From: Okamejei kenojei
Lineage: Eukaryota
Direction of reading: 5' to 3'
Assembly (NCBI GenBank): GCA_035221665.1
Contig: CM069156.1
Coordinates: 27,466,001 to 27,530,000, forward strand
DNA length: 64,000 nt
The notes beneath the pieces are model-generated. The model worked only from the letters and a program-made list of their open reading frames with translations. It ran no database searches and was not told the origin of the DNA. The position numbers and the translations under genes were made by a program. Below, in pieces: positions 51,976 through 64,000 of the stretch (the stretch's first letter is position 1; the number at the start of each line of letters is the position of its first letter).

Positions 51976-52716
51976 TTTCCATTTACCTAAATCACAGCAA
52001 GCTTTATAGCTCAATGTTCAGCTCAATGATGCCACTTCAGAGGTAAAACAAAAGGGTATTTTTCACCACCTTCAGTAGACTCCTATGACCAATTCAGATG
52101 CAGTGGTCCTTTGTGTTATCATTTGCGAGGTAATTTGTGTTGTCTCCAGATTCTGGGAGATCAGTTGTCTGTGTTAAAGTAGCAGAATTATGTTGAATTA
52201 TCACAAAATGAAAGGCCATTGATCTGAAACCATTATCTATTCACCACTCCACATATGCCGTCGACTTGCTGGGTTTTTCCATAATTTTCCATTTTTTTAG
52301 TGTAGACAAATTAAAATCAATGGTCGTTTCCCTTGGATCTTCATGTACGATGTCAAATGTGTGGAGTTCTGTCAAAAATATGTTACATAAACTACTGTTA
52401 TAAGGGGAAAGAAATACATATATTTATGCAGTTCCTCTCCATGTGTTCAGGATACAACATGCTTCACGACCAATATCTCTTGTCACGTATCACATCTATC
52501 TCTGAGTCATACTCTCTCAACTCTAATCAAGAGCTCACACAAAACAGAAGGAAGTTCTTAAATTTGGTTAACCTAAAAATGATATAATAAGAAATATGCA
52601 GTCCAAGAATATTATCTTTTCATGTCTCTTAATAAGTTTCAGAAAGCTTCATACATTAAAGTACATTAACCGATCAAACTGAAGGGCATTTTACCCAAAA
52701 TTATGAGTTTAAGTTA

Positions 52717-53046
52717 GGGCGGTACAGAGGCGCAGCTGTTAGAGTTGCTGCTTCATAGTGCCAGAGATCCTGGTTCGATCCTGAATTTTGGTGCTGCCTC
52801 TGTGGAGTTTGCACGTTCTCCCTGTTTGACAGTATGTGTTTCCTTTGGTTGCTCCAATTTCCTCTCACATCCCAAAGACATGCGGGTTTGTAGATTAATT
52901 GGCCTCTGTAAATTGCCTTGAGGGTGCAGGGAATGGATGCCAAAGTGGGATAACATAGAACTAGTGCGAACAGGTGATTAATGGTCAACATGGACTCAAT
53001 GGGCTGAAGGACCTATTTCCACGCTGTATCTTTAAACTAAACTAAA
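52717..53046 (+). mobile_element. V-SINE (HE1-like)
   Basis: B box ggttcgatcc, V domain, (aaact)n tail. Confidence 0.88.
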
Positions 53047-54284
53047 TGGAAGCTTTGAGCTCCACCGGCATTTATAAACAACTTGAATTTTACTCTGTAA
53101 CTTTTCAAAAAACTCACCACTATAACTGGAGTCATAGGCAGGCCAGACATTACTGAAAATATTATGGAGATATTAATATTTTGTGTCAGTTGCTGTTATT
53201 AGGTTAATATTGAAATGTGAACATGATTTTGATGCAATCAACCTGCCAGCTTAACACAAACCAAATGTACACTCTCATTTTCTTTACTCACACTCAATTT
53301 TGCTCACTATTTATGATCCATGCAGTGAAAAGGTAAAGAATAGCTATTAATATTTCATCGTTCTTCCTTTCACAATTGAACCAGATTACCCTGCAGTTGA
53401 TTGTTATTCCACATCTATTGTAAATGGGGTTATGCAAAGCAGCACCATGGAAATGCACCTTTATAGTAACGCATACAGAGAGACAACATGGAAACAGGCC
53501 CTTCAGCCCATCATTTCCGGACAGTCCTATAACTAATCCCACACTCAATCCCACTTTATTCTTCTCAATTCCCATGAACTCCCCCACATGCTATCATTCA
53601 TTCAAACAGCAGAGCAATTTACAGCTGTCAATAAACCTACCAACCTGCATGTATCAACAGTTAGTTATACTGCAAACTTAAAGCCTGCACAAAAAGTTTG
53701 ATTTAAACAAGTTGTTTCATACTCTGTACATTGTTTATGTCACTCAGCCAAGTATTATTGTGGATCATAGATAAATAGGCATGAATATATTTTTACAGAA
53801 GGATGCATTTTGGATGATTGTTGGGGGGGGGGGGGCGACGACGATGACAATGACCCTTATCTCACCTAAATCAAGGTCAGTTTGTTTTCCAATGACACTC
53901 ACATGAGGAACTTTGAGATGTTCAACCATACATATATAATAAAATGAGAATTTCCGCAAACGCTGTAAGCTAAAAGCTACAGAACAATTCACAGTATCGG
54001 AAGAGAGAGAGAGAGCACCTGTATATCACAGTACAGGATGAGCACAGATGGATCTCTAAAATGTGAATATTCAGGAGTCACTGCTTACCTGCTTGCATGA
54101 CTCACCCACACTTGGTACACGTGACAATAATGAACTAATGCCAATACCTATATATAATGTGAAGTGTCTGAAGTACACTCGACCTGCGACGTCACCTATC
54201 CATCTTCTCAAGAGATGCTGCCTGACCCACTGAGTTAGTCCAGCACTTTGTGTCTTCTCTTAAACAAAGCAAGAAGCTGGAAAT

Positions 54285-54412
54285 GAAGGGTCTCGACCCG
54301 AAGGGCCTGGAAGGGTCTGGAAGAAGGGTCTCGACCCGAAACGTCGCCTATCTCCTTCGCTCCTTAGATGCTGCTGCACCCACTGAGTTTCTCCAGCTTT
54401 TTGTGTACCCCC
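54285..54412 (+). mobile_element. Stand-alone 128-bp hammerhead-bearing Penelope-terminus insertion with 10-bp TSD
   Basis: agctggaaat at 54275-54284 and 54413-54422. Partial tandem stem II copy at the 5' end; ends ttgtgtaccccc. Confidence 0.85.
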
Positions 54413-55664
54413 AGCTGGAAATTATTAATTTGCTACGTTAAAAAAGCACTACTTTTCTTTTGGACAATTTCAGCCTTCACCCAATCCTCTTCACAAATCT
54501 ATTTCCTGTTTCCTGGATTGCATGAAGCAGTCCTGTCAAGCAACTTTTTGATTATTTTATGACATCTCTCCAATAAGTCAGTTTTGCAGAAATATCAGTG
54601 ATACATGGACAGATCCCATTCCATTCCACAATAATACCTGGTTGAATTACAAGGTACAGAGTATGAAAAATGTAAGTGCAAAAAGCTTGCTGAATTAATT
54701 AGATTTGTTTACCTCAGTGGAAAATCCATCCTGAAAGCACAGAAAGCACATTTGCCTTTCAAGTTATCACGTGACCATTAAAAACCATGAAATAGATAAC
54801 TTAGAAAGTCTCAGAGTGTTCATCATGAAGAGGAATCAGCACTACATTTTCAATGATACATAAGACAAATAAACACAGCTCACCGATAACAGCAGACATG
54901 TCTGCCCCTTCACAGTTTGTTAATAAGATTTACTGTTCACTGTTAAAATGTCCAGGAGATGAATGAGGATCAGGGCAAACCTTCAGAAGGATAAAAGGCG
55001 GGTTAGATGAACAAACAGAAAGAAAGTTGAGAAAATTAGATTGTTCCCTCATAAGTTAACAAAACAGCAGAAGGACCAGACGTGTGTGTAAAAATTCAAC
55101 GGGATTAATAATGTTAGCATTGTGGACTGAAGAGCAAGCAATCACCATTATAAGATTGTGATAGAAATGATACAACCTTTGTTGCACAGTGGTTGCTTCA
55201 TTAGAATTGAGATCACAATCTTCAAAAGCCAAAGGCCAGATTAAATTCTGACACAGTGACAGCTTTTTTTGTTTTTGTTTCATTGCCAAAGCTAATTCTG
55301 TTGGATTCTACGTGCAGTGGTCCAGACAGCATACACCATCATATGCTATCCTAAACCAGCACAGCTACACCGGACCTCTTGAGCCCATTTTACCATGGAT
55401 CTAAATACAAAGCCTGGAGGAATTTAGGGGTCGGGCAGCAAGTGTGGAGGGAATGGGCGGATTACTTTTCATGTCTGGACACTTCTTCGGGCTGATTACT
55501 CCATAGATATTGCCTGACCCACTGAGTTCCCCCCGCACTTTGTGTGTTGCTCATGTTCCAGCAATTGTAGTTCCATGTGTCTGCCATTAATTCAGATCAG
55601 GTTGCCTGTACCTTGCCTTCATTCTCATGGAGTAAATTCCAATCCAGACCGAACAAAAGTAATT

Positions 55665-55805
55665 CACAAAAGCTGGAGTAACTCAGCAGGTCAGACAGCA
55701 TCTCTGGAGAAAAGGAATAGGTGACGTTTCGGGTCGAGCCCCTTCTTCAGGCTGAGAGTCAGGGAAAAGTTTGAAGAAAAGTCACCTATTCCTTTTCTCC
55801 AGAGA
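55665..55805 (-). repeat. Penelope-terminus repeat with a near-intact antisense hammerhead motif (55721-55750) and partial inverted copy
   Basis: Reverse complement reads ctgaagaaggggctcgacccgaaacgtcacct; tctctggagaaaaggaataggtgac pairs with gtcacctattccttttctccagaga. Confidence 0.78.
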
Positions 55806-55949
55806 AAGTGTTTTGATTAGAGAGATTAGATTTGCATAACACTTTTGAATGGAGAAATTCTTCCCACATCCCGCTCCCAGAAGGCTGGGGTCAACTTTAT
55901 TTCTCCTTGTTCTTGTTCTGTTCCTCACTGGAGGAAATTGCTTCGAAAT

Positions 55950-56228
55950 TTAGTTTAGAGATACAGCATGGAAACAGGCCCTCCAGCCTACAGGGTCCAC
56001 TCTAACCATCAATCACCCATTCACATTAGTTTCATGTTATCCCACTTTCACAGCCACTCCCTACACATTAGAGGCATTAAAAAAACAAAAAACGAGGATA
56101 ATTAACCTACAAACCCACATCTTTGGGATGTGGAAGGAAACCAGAGCACTGGAGGAAACCAGCTAAGTTACAGAGGCCAATGAACCTATAAATCCGGACA
56201 TCTTCGAGATGCTCCACCGCGCCGCCCC
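55950..56228 (-). mobile_element. V-SINE (HE1-like), rearranged
   Basis: tttagtttagagatacagcatggaaacaggcc tail and V domain. Confidence 0.75.
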
Positions 56229-57064
56229 CAGCCTATGTTGGGTAAGTGCTAGCAATTCACTAGGAGTGAAATTGCACCAAGCATGAAGCAATGCTACAAA
56301 ATGCACCATGAACTCACAAGGCTAGATCACTAACACATCAATGTTCTCAATATCTTGTGGGATCAGCCAACACTGTCACAGGGAGGCAGTGCACTTCTCC
56401 CACCGTTCTCACTGGGTTCTGTGTGTTCTTGATGAATGGACTCAAGATGCTCGTTCTCGTCCCAGGCTTCTTCCCTTGAGTGGTCATATAACCATATAAA
56501 CCATATAACAATTACAGCACGGAAACAGGCCCTCTCGGCCCTTCCAGTCCGTGCCGACCATTTGTTTCCCCTAGTCCCATCTACCTGCACTCAGACCATA
56601 CCCCTGCATTCCCTTCACGTCCATATACCTATCCACTTTACTTTTAAATGTTAAAATCGATTCTGCCTCCACCACTTCTGCTGGAAGCTCATTCCACACA
56701 GCCACCACTCTCTGAGTAAAGAAGTTCTCCCTCATGTTACCCCTAAACTTCTGTCCCTTAATTCTCATGTCATGCCTTCTTGTTTGAATCTTCCCTACCC
56801 TCAATGGGAAAAGCTTATCCACGTCAACTCTGTCTATCCCTTTCATCATGTCATGTGTCAGGGATTACCAGGAGTTAGTGGAAATGTCGCATTCTTTTCA
56901 AGAAGGCGTTCAGAACATCTATGAATCTTTTCCTCCATGTTCCTGGCAATTATTTGACAGTGTGCTTCTCGGAGTAATGCCTGATTCAGGGGTCTGGAAC
57001 CGGGCCATGCGATGATATGGCCTGCCCGATGGAGCTGACATGTGTTACTGAAACTTTGGTGTTG

Positions 57065-57485
57065 GAGATTTTGATTGAAAGATGCAACATGGAAACAGGC
57101 GTTTCGTCCCACCGAGTTCATGCCAATCATCGATCACCCATTCACACTAGCACCGGAGTCTGAAGAAGGGTCTCGACCCGAAGCGTCGCCTATCTCCTTC
57201 GCTCCTTAGATGCTGCTGCACCTGCTGAATTTCTCCAGCCTTTTGTGTACCCCCACACTAGTACCATATCATCCCACTTTCTCATCCACACCCTACACAC
57301 TTTACAGAGGCCAATTAACCTATAAATCTATAAATCTTTGGGAGGTGGGAGGAAACTGGAGAATTTGGAGGAAACCCACAGTCACAGAGAGAACGTGAAA
57401 ATTCCACACTGTCAGCACCTGAGGTCAGTAACAAACCTGGGTCCCTAGCATGTCCGGCAGCAGCTCTACCAGCTCCTCCACTGAG
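57065..57485 (-). mobile_element. V-SINE (HE1-like) interrupted by the hammerhead-bearing insertion
   Basis: Tail, V domain and head on the minus strand, split at cacactag. Confidence 0.8.
57151..57253 (+). mobile_element. Stand-alone 103-bp hammerhead-bearing Penelope-terminus insertion with 8-bp TSD, nested in a V-SINE
   Basis: cacactag at 57143-57150 and 57254-57261 flanks gtctgaagaagggtctcgacccgaagcgtc...ttttgtgtacccc. Confidence 0.85.
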
Positions 57486-60400
57486 GTGTTTGCCTGGGTA
57501 AGGATTCTGATTTAGGAGTTGGAGGATTTTGCGGAGACAGTATTGATGGTACTCTGAGGTACTTGCTGTATTAGCCCATGTCACAGAGGCACACAGGAGA
57601 GCAGGGGGCACAAGGGCTTTTGGCCAGATTTGACGTCTCGAACTTCAATCATCTTTTCCTCAGATGGCCAAAGGCTATGCTAATCATCGACCGTTATTGC
57701 CAGAGATCCAGGTTGTACAATGCGGGGGGGGGGCATGAATGGAGGGAGAATAACTGTTTTGGAAATGTTTACTATAAGGTTCAATCTCTTATATCTTCAG
57801 TGAAGAATTCAAAGATGATTTGGAGATCAATTTCCACTGGCGTGAGCATCGTCTGCAGCCTGGTTCTCAGTGCTTGAAGCTGGGGTGACTGGAGTCTGAA
57901 GTGGAACTGTGGCAGGCTACATTGCCTCCCATTTGTGAGGTGCAGCAGTCAGCAGTGCAGAGAGGAAGATTGAAAGAAATGTTGGTGCTCCGACCCAACC
58001 TAAGACGCAGGTCCGACCCACCCCACAGGTCTAGATAGAATAGATGTGGAGAGGATGTTTCCAGCAAAACATAGAAACATAGACCTCGTTCCTGCTTTTT
58101 CCCCATATCCCTTGATTCCTTTAGTCCTAAGAGCTAAATCTAACAATCTAGTGGGGAGAGTCTAAAACTAGAGGACACAACCTCAGAATAAAATGATATA
58201 CACCTATAGAATGGAGATGAGGAGGAATTTCTTTAGCCAGCGGGTGGTGAATCTGTGGAATTCATTGCCACCAGAGGCTGTCAAGGCCAAGACATTGGGC
58301 ATTTTTAAAACGGAGATTGATAGGTTCTTGATTAGTAAGAGTGTCAAAGGTTACAGGGAGAAAGCAGGAGAATGGGGATGAGCGGATAAAAATAGATCAA
58401 TCATGGTCAAATGGTGGAGGAGACTTGATGGACTGAATGAACTGAATTCTGCTCCTATGTCTTATGGTCTATGCACATGTGCTTACATGCTGATACAAAT
58501 AAGTAGAAAATGCACAGGCAGACTTCGGTAAGTACTCACATACAGATCATGTGCGGCTCTGATTTTACCCTCTAAAACCTTTCAACATTTTGAACGCCTC
58601 AATCAAATCATTACTCAGTCTCCCTCAATGAATATGTCAAGTTTAAGCAACTTGGCTTCAGTAATTTATCCTCTAAGGTCCAGTATTATTCTGTTGAATC
58701 AAGGCTGATAGTCTTTTGAGGCCAATATATCCTTCCTTAGGTGCCATGGGCAATACTGCTGGAGTCTGGCCAAGGCTCTGTATATCTGAAACACCACATC
58801 CTTCCTTTGTAGCTGGTCCACTCACAATTCCATTGGGCTGTTTGATTGCTCTTTGTACATGTCCGCTGATTTTAGATGATTTATGTACATGTATACCAAA
58901 CATCCTTATTCACTTACAGTTCCTTGTTCTCACCACTTAAACTCCTTTTTTAAGTCTTAGATCCAAAAAAAAATTTGATTTGCTGGATCCAAAAATCCAG
59001 CCTGCCCAACATAAATTAAATATAGTTTTATCCATTCACTTCATTTCTCAATATCCCTTTGTCCCTTGACTCAGACACAGAGCACCCTTCAACATCGGGA
59101 TGCTTTTGGTGCAAGTATTTGCTTTCCCATAAAACTAAAAATATAGTTGTGCTACCTCCAACATCCATTGTTCTGATTGAAATCTTAAATGCTGGGTTAA
59201 GGGTTAAGAAGCCAGTCTGAGCCACTGTCAGATGTGATTGCAAATCTCTTAATTCACTTGGGACTCATGAAGCTTGATCAAAGCTGTTAGCTTGAACTTG
59301 CACCCTAACTCGCTGTGGACGTATAATCTAAAGATGCACTCACCAAGATAAGGACCTCCTCCCTCTTCTGCAAAATCAGTTGCCAATATTAACTAAAGCA
59401 GCACAGAAGCCCTTGAGTTACATAGCATCCTGAATTTCAACCACCTAATGAAATATTCATCTTCACCGAGTCGCTTTGCAGTAACGCTCACCAAATTGCA
59501 TGGTGGGAGCAGCAGCACCACGAGAAGACACATTATCACCTTGTCTGAGAAGCTAGATCTTGGCAATAAACGTGGCTCTGATGCCATTGCCTACATCTGA
59601 CCAACGAATAGTAAAGGGGTAGACTGATGGCAGTTCAGACTAGCTGTTCTATCCTTATGATATCTCCCAACCGGTAACAACATTTATTAATAATCAACAG
59701 CCTTGAGAGAAGTGAACAAAGGAATATCATGGAGCTCCTGCGGTAGTTGGCAAATTTCCATTGTATGGACGACTTTGGTTCCAATTAACCAATTCTAAAA
59801 TTGGCAGCAGAGATAATAAATGGTAGGGTATTGATAGTAAAGTGAGCAGATAGAAGTTATTTGATGTATTAATATGTAATGCCGTAGTGGAACTTGGATC
59901 TGTGCTCTTGATTCCCCACAACAAGGTCCCAATCTAGGGACCTGCTGAGTGACTCTCAGAAACCCAAAATGGCAAAAAATTGAAGCAAATTTTCATGATT
60001 GTTCTCACCAATACCTCCTACGCAGGTACAGGAATTGATTTTAGTCCATATCCTACAACCAGTAGCTACAAGTTAAACATTGCCATTTCTCACTATTACA
60101 GAACCACAAATAGTTGGTTACGTAATTAATGCCAGAAACTAGCCAGAGCCAGGGTGACAATGGAAGAACCTACGGAGCAAATCAGCACTTGTTCAATGAA
60201 AGCATCCAAAAGCAACAAAATAACCCTGGAGATGCGCACTGAGGTGGTTCAATTCAAAAATAGAACAGTATAGCACAGGAATAGAGCCTTCGGCCCACAA
60301 TGTCTGTGCTGAACATTATGCCAAAACAAACTCTTACCTGCCAATTCAGAACAAAGTAATGGGAAAATAAGAATGAGAATAGTAAATAAAAACACAATCA

Positions 60401-60734
60401 TGAATTATATTGTTAACATAGGAGTGGTCTGAAGGACATGGGAAGGGAAACAATGTTCTCTCGGTAGATTTGAAAAGTTTGCCCGGTTGTACATCTAATT
60501 CACAATGAACCAAGTATGGCATTAAAACATCAAAGAACAAGGTGGGGCAAAGAGATTGGTTTTATTTTTTTTAAATACAGAACAATCCCACGTTTCACTA
60601 GTGCCGAGTGAACAAGGGAATTATTTCGAAAATACAAAAAGCCAATCATAACATCTGTCCAGAACCAATCCAGACTAGATGTCACATCTGAACCTTTGTG
60701 TCCTGTGAGCTGCATCATTAAGCCACATAATAAG

Positions 60735-61092
60735 AGACAAAGTGCTGGAGCAACTCGATGGGTCAGGCAGCATCTCTGGAGAACATGGATAGGTGACATT
60801 TCAGGTCAAGACCTTTCCTCAGACTGGTTTTGGCGGGGGAGCGAAAGAAAGCTGGAAGGGCAGGATAAAGCTGGGCGATTGATACAGGTGAGGGGGTAAT
60901 TGATAGGCAGATGATTGGACAAAGGCCAGAGATGGAAGGATAGAAGAACTGTGAGGAAGGAAGGTATGTAGGAGGAAGGGGAAGGGGAGGGGAGAAATAG
61001 GTGTGAGTCCAGGTGGGGCCCAGGGAATTGAGAAAATGTGGAGAGCGAGGGTGTTGGGTTAGTTACAAATTAGATAATTCAATGTTCATACT
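60735..61092 (-). mobile_element. Penelope-like 3' UTR/terminal fragment
   Basis: Reverse complement resembles the 62320-62680 Penelope tail (aacattgaattatc..., purine/pyrimidine-skewed UTR, terminal repeat). Confidence 0.7.
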
Positions 61093-61299
61093 TGGGTTTC
61101 TTGTAATCCCAGGCTAGCTCAGTTTGTAATCCTAAATTCCAAAGACAATCCATTATCATAATACTTTCAGAATGTACCGGTGGTAGCATTCTCGAGGGCT
61201 ATAGTATGAGGTCTTACTAAAAATAATAATTAGTCGTGAGGCTTGTATCTTTAAATTAGACTTTGCTATTTTTATTCTTGGTTCCACATTAAATATTGA

Positions 61300-62065
61300 A
61301 ACACAGAGACTTGATAATTACCCAGGTGACTGCAGCCTGTCACCTTAACCTCGGATTGAATCATTCAGTGATTTAATTATCTGAGAAGGGAGGAGTTTAC
61401 AGCAAACTGGAGCATTGAATCACTTGCACAAAACACAAAGTGCTGGAGGAATTCCGTGCGTTGGGCAGCATCTATGAGAGAAATGGACAGGCGACAAAAG
61501 TTTCTGACCCGAAACATGCCTGTCAATTCCCTTCACAAATGCTGCCTGACCCACAGAGTTCTTCCAGTACTTTGTGTTTTGCTCAAGATTCCAGCATCTT
61601 TTCTTCTTTCAGTCTGCATCAAATCACTTGTTCGTCCTTCAGTGAAACAGATGGGAAAATTTCAGCTCCTTCGAACTAGGATATGACTTTACAGTTGCTT
61701 CACAAATTGGTGGGGGAGAGCAAGCAATGTAACAAATAATTGGCAATGGAGTTTACTCTTGTTTACATCAAAAACTTGAACAAGTTCAGTGATGCTGTAG
61801 AAAAAGGAATTGTGCAGTAACAAGCTTAATAATTGAACAGAACCTCTTCCCTGCTACAGCTTTTGATGAGAGGTCCAGGACCCAGCGAGCCCTCTTTCAA
61901 AACATTAGATACTGAAAATCTGTGGAGTTAATAAGCAAAGATTAGATAATTCATCTGTAGTAGGTCTTCAACAAATCATTAAAGTCTTTTCCCATACATT
62001 AATTGACCTGGCTGCCTGTAAATTGTTAATATTTTCGGAAGATTTTTGGTCCATAAACATTTGGA
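61300..62065. promoter_or_regulatory. Candidate intronic enhancer block in tbx4
   Basis: Mostly non-repetitive and motif-dense: TGTTTAC 61760, AGATAA 61944, TAAT clusters, CCATAAACA 62051. Conservation not tested. Confidence 0.35.
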
Positions 62066-62129
62066 GCTGACCGGTCAACATTTTTATATTTGGAATGGAA
62101 TTAAATACAAGTCAAGACTGTCACACATA

Positions 62130-62715
62130 TCGTTTCGCCGAACACCTCCACTCGGTCCGCAATAACCAACCCGACCTCCCGGTGGCTCAGGACTTCAACA
62201 CCCCCTCCCATTCCGTATCCGACCTCTCGGTCCTGGGCCTCCTCCACGGCCAGAGTGAGCAACACCGCAAGTTGGAGGAACAGCACCTCATATTGCGCTT
62301 GGGGAATCTGCATCCTCTGGGCTTGAACATTGAATTTTCTCAATTCTGTTAACCCTTGCTGTCTCCTCCCCTTCCCACCTCTCCCTCAGCTCTTGGGCCC
62401 TGGCATTCCCTCTCTCTCTATCTCTCTCCCCCACCCTAGTCGCACTAGCTTCTCATTTTCACACCACAAACAGTTTACAATGGCTTGTTCCCTTTATCAT
62501 CGATACTTTTTTGCATATCTTTCATTCATTGTTCTTTATCTCTCCACATCATCGTCTATATCTCTCGTTTCCCTGATCCCTGACCAGTCTGAAGAATGGT
62601 CTCGACCCGAAATGTCGCCTATCTCCTTCGCTCCTTAGATGCTGCTGCACCCGCTGAGTTTCTCCAGCCTTTTGTGTACCCTCGATTCTCCAGCATCTGC
62701 AGTTCCTTCTTTAAC
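62130..62715 (+). mobile_element. Penelope-like element 3' fragment with degenerate hammerhead motif at 62589
   Basis: RFAEHLHSVRNNQPDLPVAQDFNTPSHSVSDLSVLGLLH..RKLEEQHLILRLGNLHPLGLNIEFS, followed by a pyrimidine-rich UTR and ctgaagaatggtctcgacccgaaatgtc. Confidence 0.88.
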
Positions 62716-64000
62716 ACTGTCACACATAAGGTTGGTTCGGAGTGTTGAGCAGAACTTAAGCTGAGGCTGGAATGACACATGGGTCCGGTGCGGATTTATT
62801 TTGAAGTTAACTCTATTAAACATCAGTTCACAGGATAGAGCGAGTATGTTTTACCCCTGGATAGGTGCTTTCAGAATTAATTACCCTGATCGGGAGTAGG
62901 GAGGGGATTAGGAATGTCTGAAATTCTGTTTTCTGTCCCTTGAGGAAGGCTGGGGAAGAGCTGGATTCATTTTCCTGATACAGATCCATGCTTTGTGGTG
63001 ACTTTACTGCACGGACATTCACCAGGAATAGTTGCGTCTGGTAATGGAGTCGGAGACAAGGTTTCCCAGGAAGCTGTGTATTCAGAGCCTGCCTGTGTGA
63101 TTAGCAGCTTGGGATCAGCCAGGTAGGAAACGAACTGAGGCTGGATAGGGCTGGGGGAGTGGTACATCGTTAATGCGCCGAGTGCCGACCCAGATGAAAG
63201 CAAGACACCTAACATATGGGCAATAAAAATACTTTTGTTACCAACGAGAAACAAAAAATATAATGTGGAATAATGCTTAACTCTGATTACCATTAACCTG
63301 CTGACATGTTTTGTGAGTCGTAAAAATACCTAAAGATTTCTCAAGAGGAGTTACAGAGAGATGCCTGAGTTGGAGCTGAGACTAAATTGTCCCCCGACCA
63401 TTCAGCCCAACTAGACCACAACAAAGCTATATTCCACACCAACCTCCTACCGTGCTTCACTTCATTCCACATGTATTCACGACCAGCGCAAAGACAGTCT
63501 GCACATGGGATTCCCGTCGGCATCTCTCGGTTGTCCAACTGGACATTGATGGGTTCAACCTGGCAAACGTTTCTCTCAATCGTGTGGGCGAAGAGAGAAG
63601 TAAGGAACTGCAGACACTGGTTTTACAACAGAATGGGTGCACAAATAGTACAACAGTGGGAGAAATGGGTGCACACCCAGATGGGCACAAGAAAGAGAGG
63701 GGAAAAAGGGTGGGGGATGTTGCGGTAAATTGGGTATGAGAAGAGAGAAATGGTAAGTGGAGGTATCAAGTCCCTGTGAGATTAGACCATGACACCCAGG
63801 TCTCGCTGTCATTTAAATAATATGGTGTACATTTGCCCACTCACAGCCTATCCAAGTCACCTTGCAGTCTCCTAGCATCCTCCTCACAGAACACAGCTTA
63901 GTGGTGGGGCCTTCAATTCCCTCATCCAGATCATTAATATAATTGTAAATATCCCCAGCACAGGAATAGTTAATTGTGAAAAGGACCCGAATGTTTGGGA

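Larger units (their letters stand above)
56400..57700 (-). mobile_element. RTE/BovB-like LINE fragment split by a CR1 fragment and a V-SINE
   Basis: Minus-strand PALLCASVTW...YHQYCLRKILQ and QLHRAGHIIAWPGSRPLNQALL resemble RTE PTLLYGxETW..FHxRCLRxIL and RLRWAGHVxRMxxxRLPKQLL. Confidence 0.65.

Noticed and set aside
58045-58070. gagaggatgtttcca (RMFP) as the next tbx4 T-box exon (RMFPSYKVKV...)
   Set aside because: No splice acceptor, and the context is the CR1 motif DVERMFPLVGESRTRGH.

Overview
Vertebrate genomic DNA, most likely a cartilaginous fish (shark, skate or ray), inferred from HE1/V-SINE-like SINEs, HER1/CR1 LINEs, Deu-domain SINEs and Penelope elements. The only host gene I can support is the 5' coding part of tbx4 on the + strand: the ATG exon 44540-44698 (MLQEKSAAESEE...) and the 95-bp first T-box exon 50233-50327 ([32 protein letters not shown]). 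I did not find the next T-box exon, so that intron appears to exceed 13.6 kb. The first ~19 kb is visibly CpG-retaining and TE-poor, with motif-rich non-coding blocks, as expected for the tbx2-tbx4 intergenic region; tbx2 itself is not in the window. The rest is dominated by TEs: a decayed near-complete CR1 ORF2 with a nested VNTR-bearing element, Penelope GIY-YIG fragments, Rex1 and RTE fragments, a Helitron-like element and a Harbinger-like MITE. The most striking non-gene signal is roughly two dozen or more Penelope-terminus-derived short repeats, many carrying a minimal hammerhead-ribozyme motif. Two of them are stand-alone 103- and 128-bp insertions with 8- and 10-bp target-site duplications, and several are fold-back palindromes. 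There are also three locally templated duplications, including a near-perfect hairpin with 55-bp arms. Repeat boundaries are approximate, and family names and reference protein sequences come from recall, not database searches.
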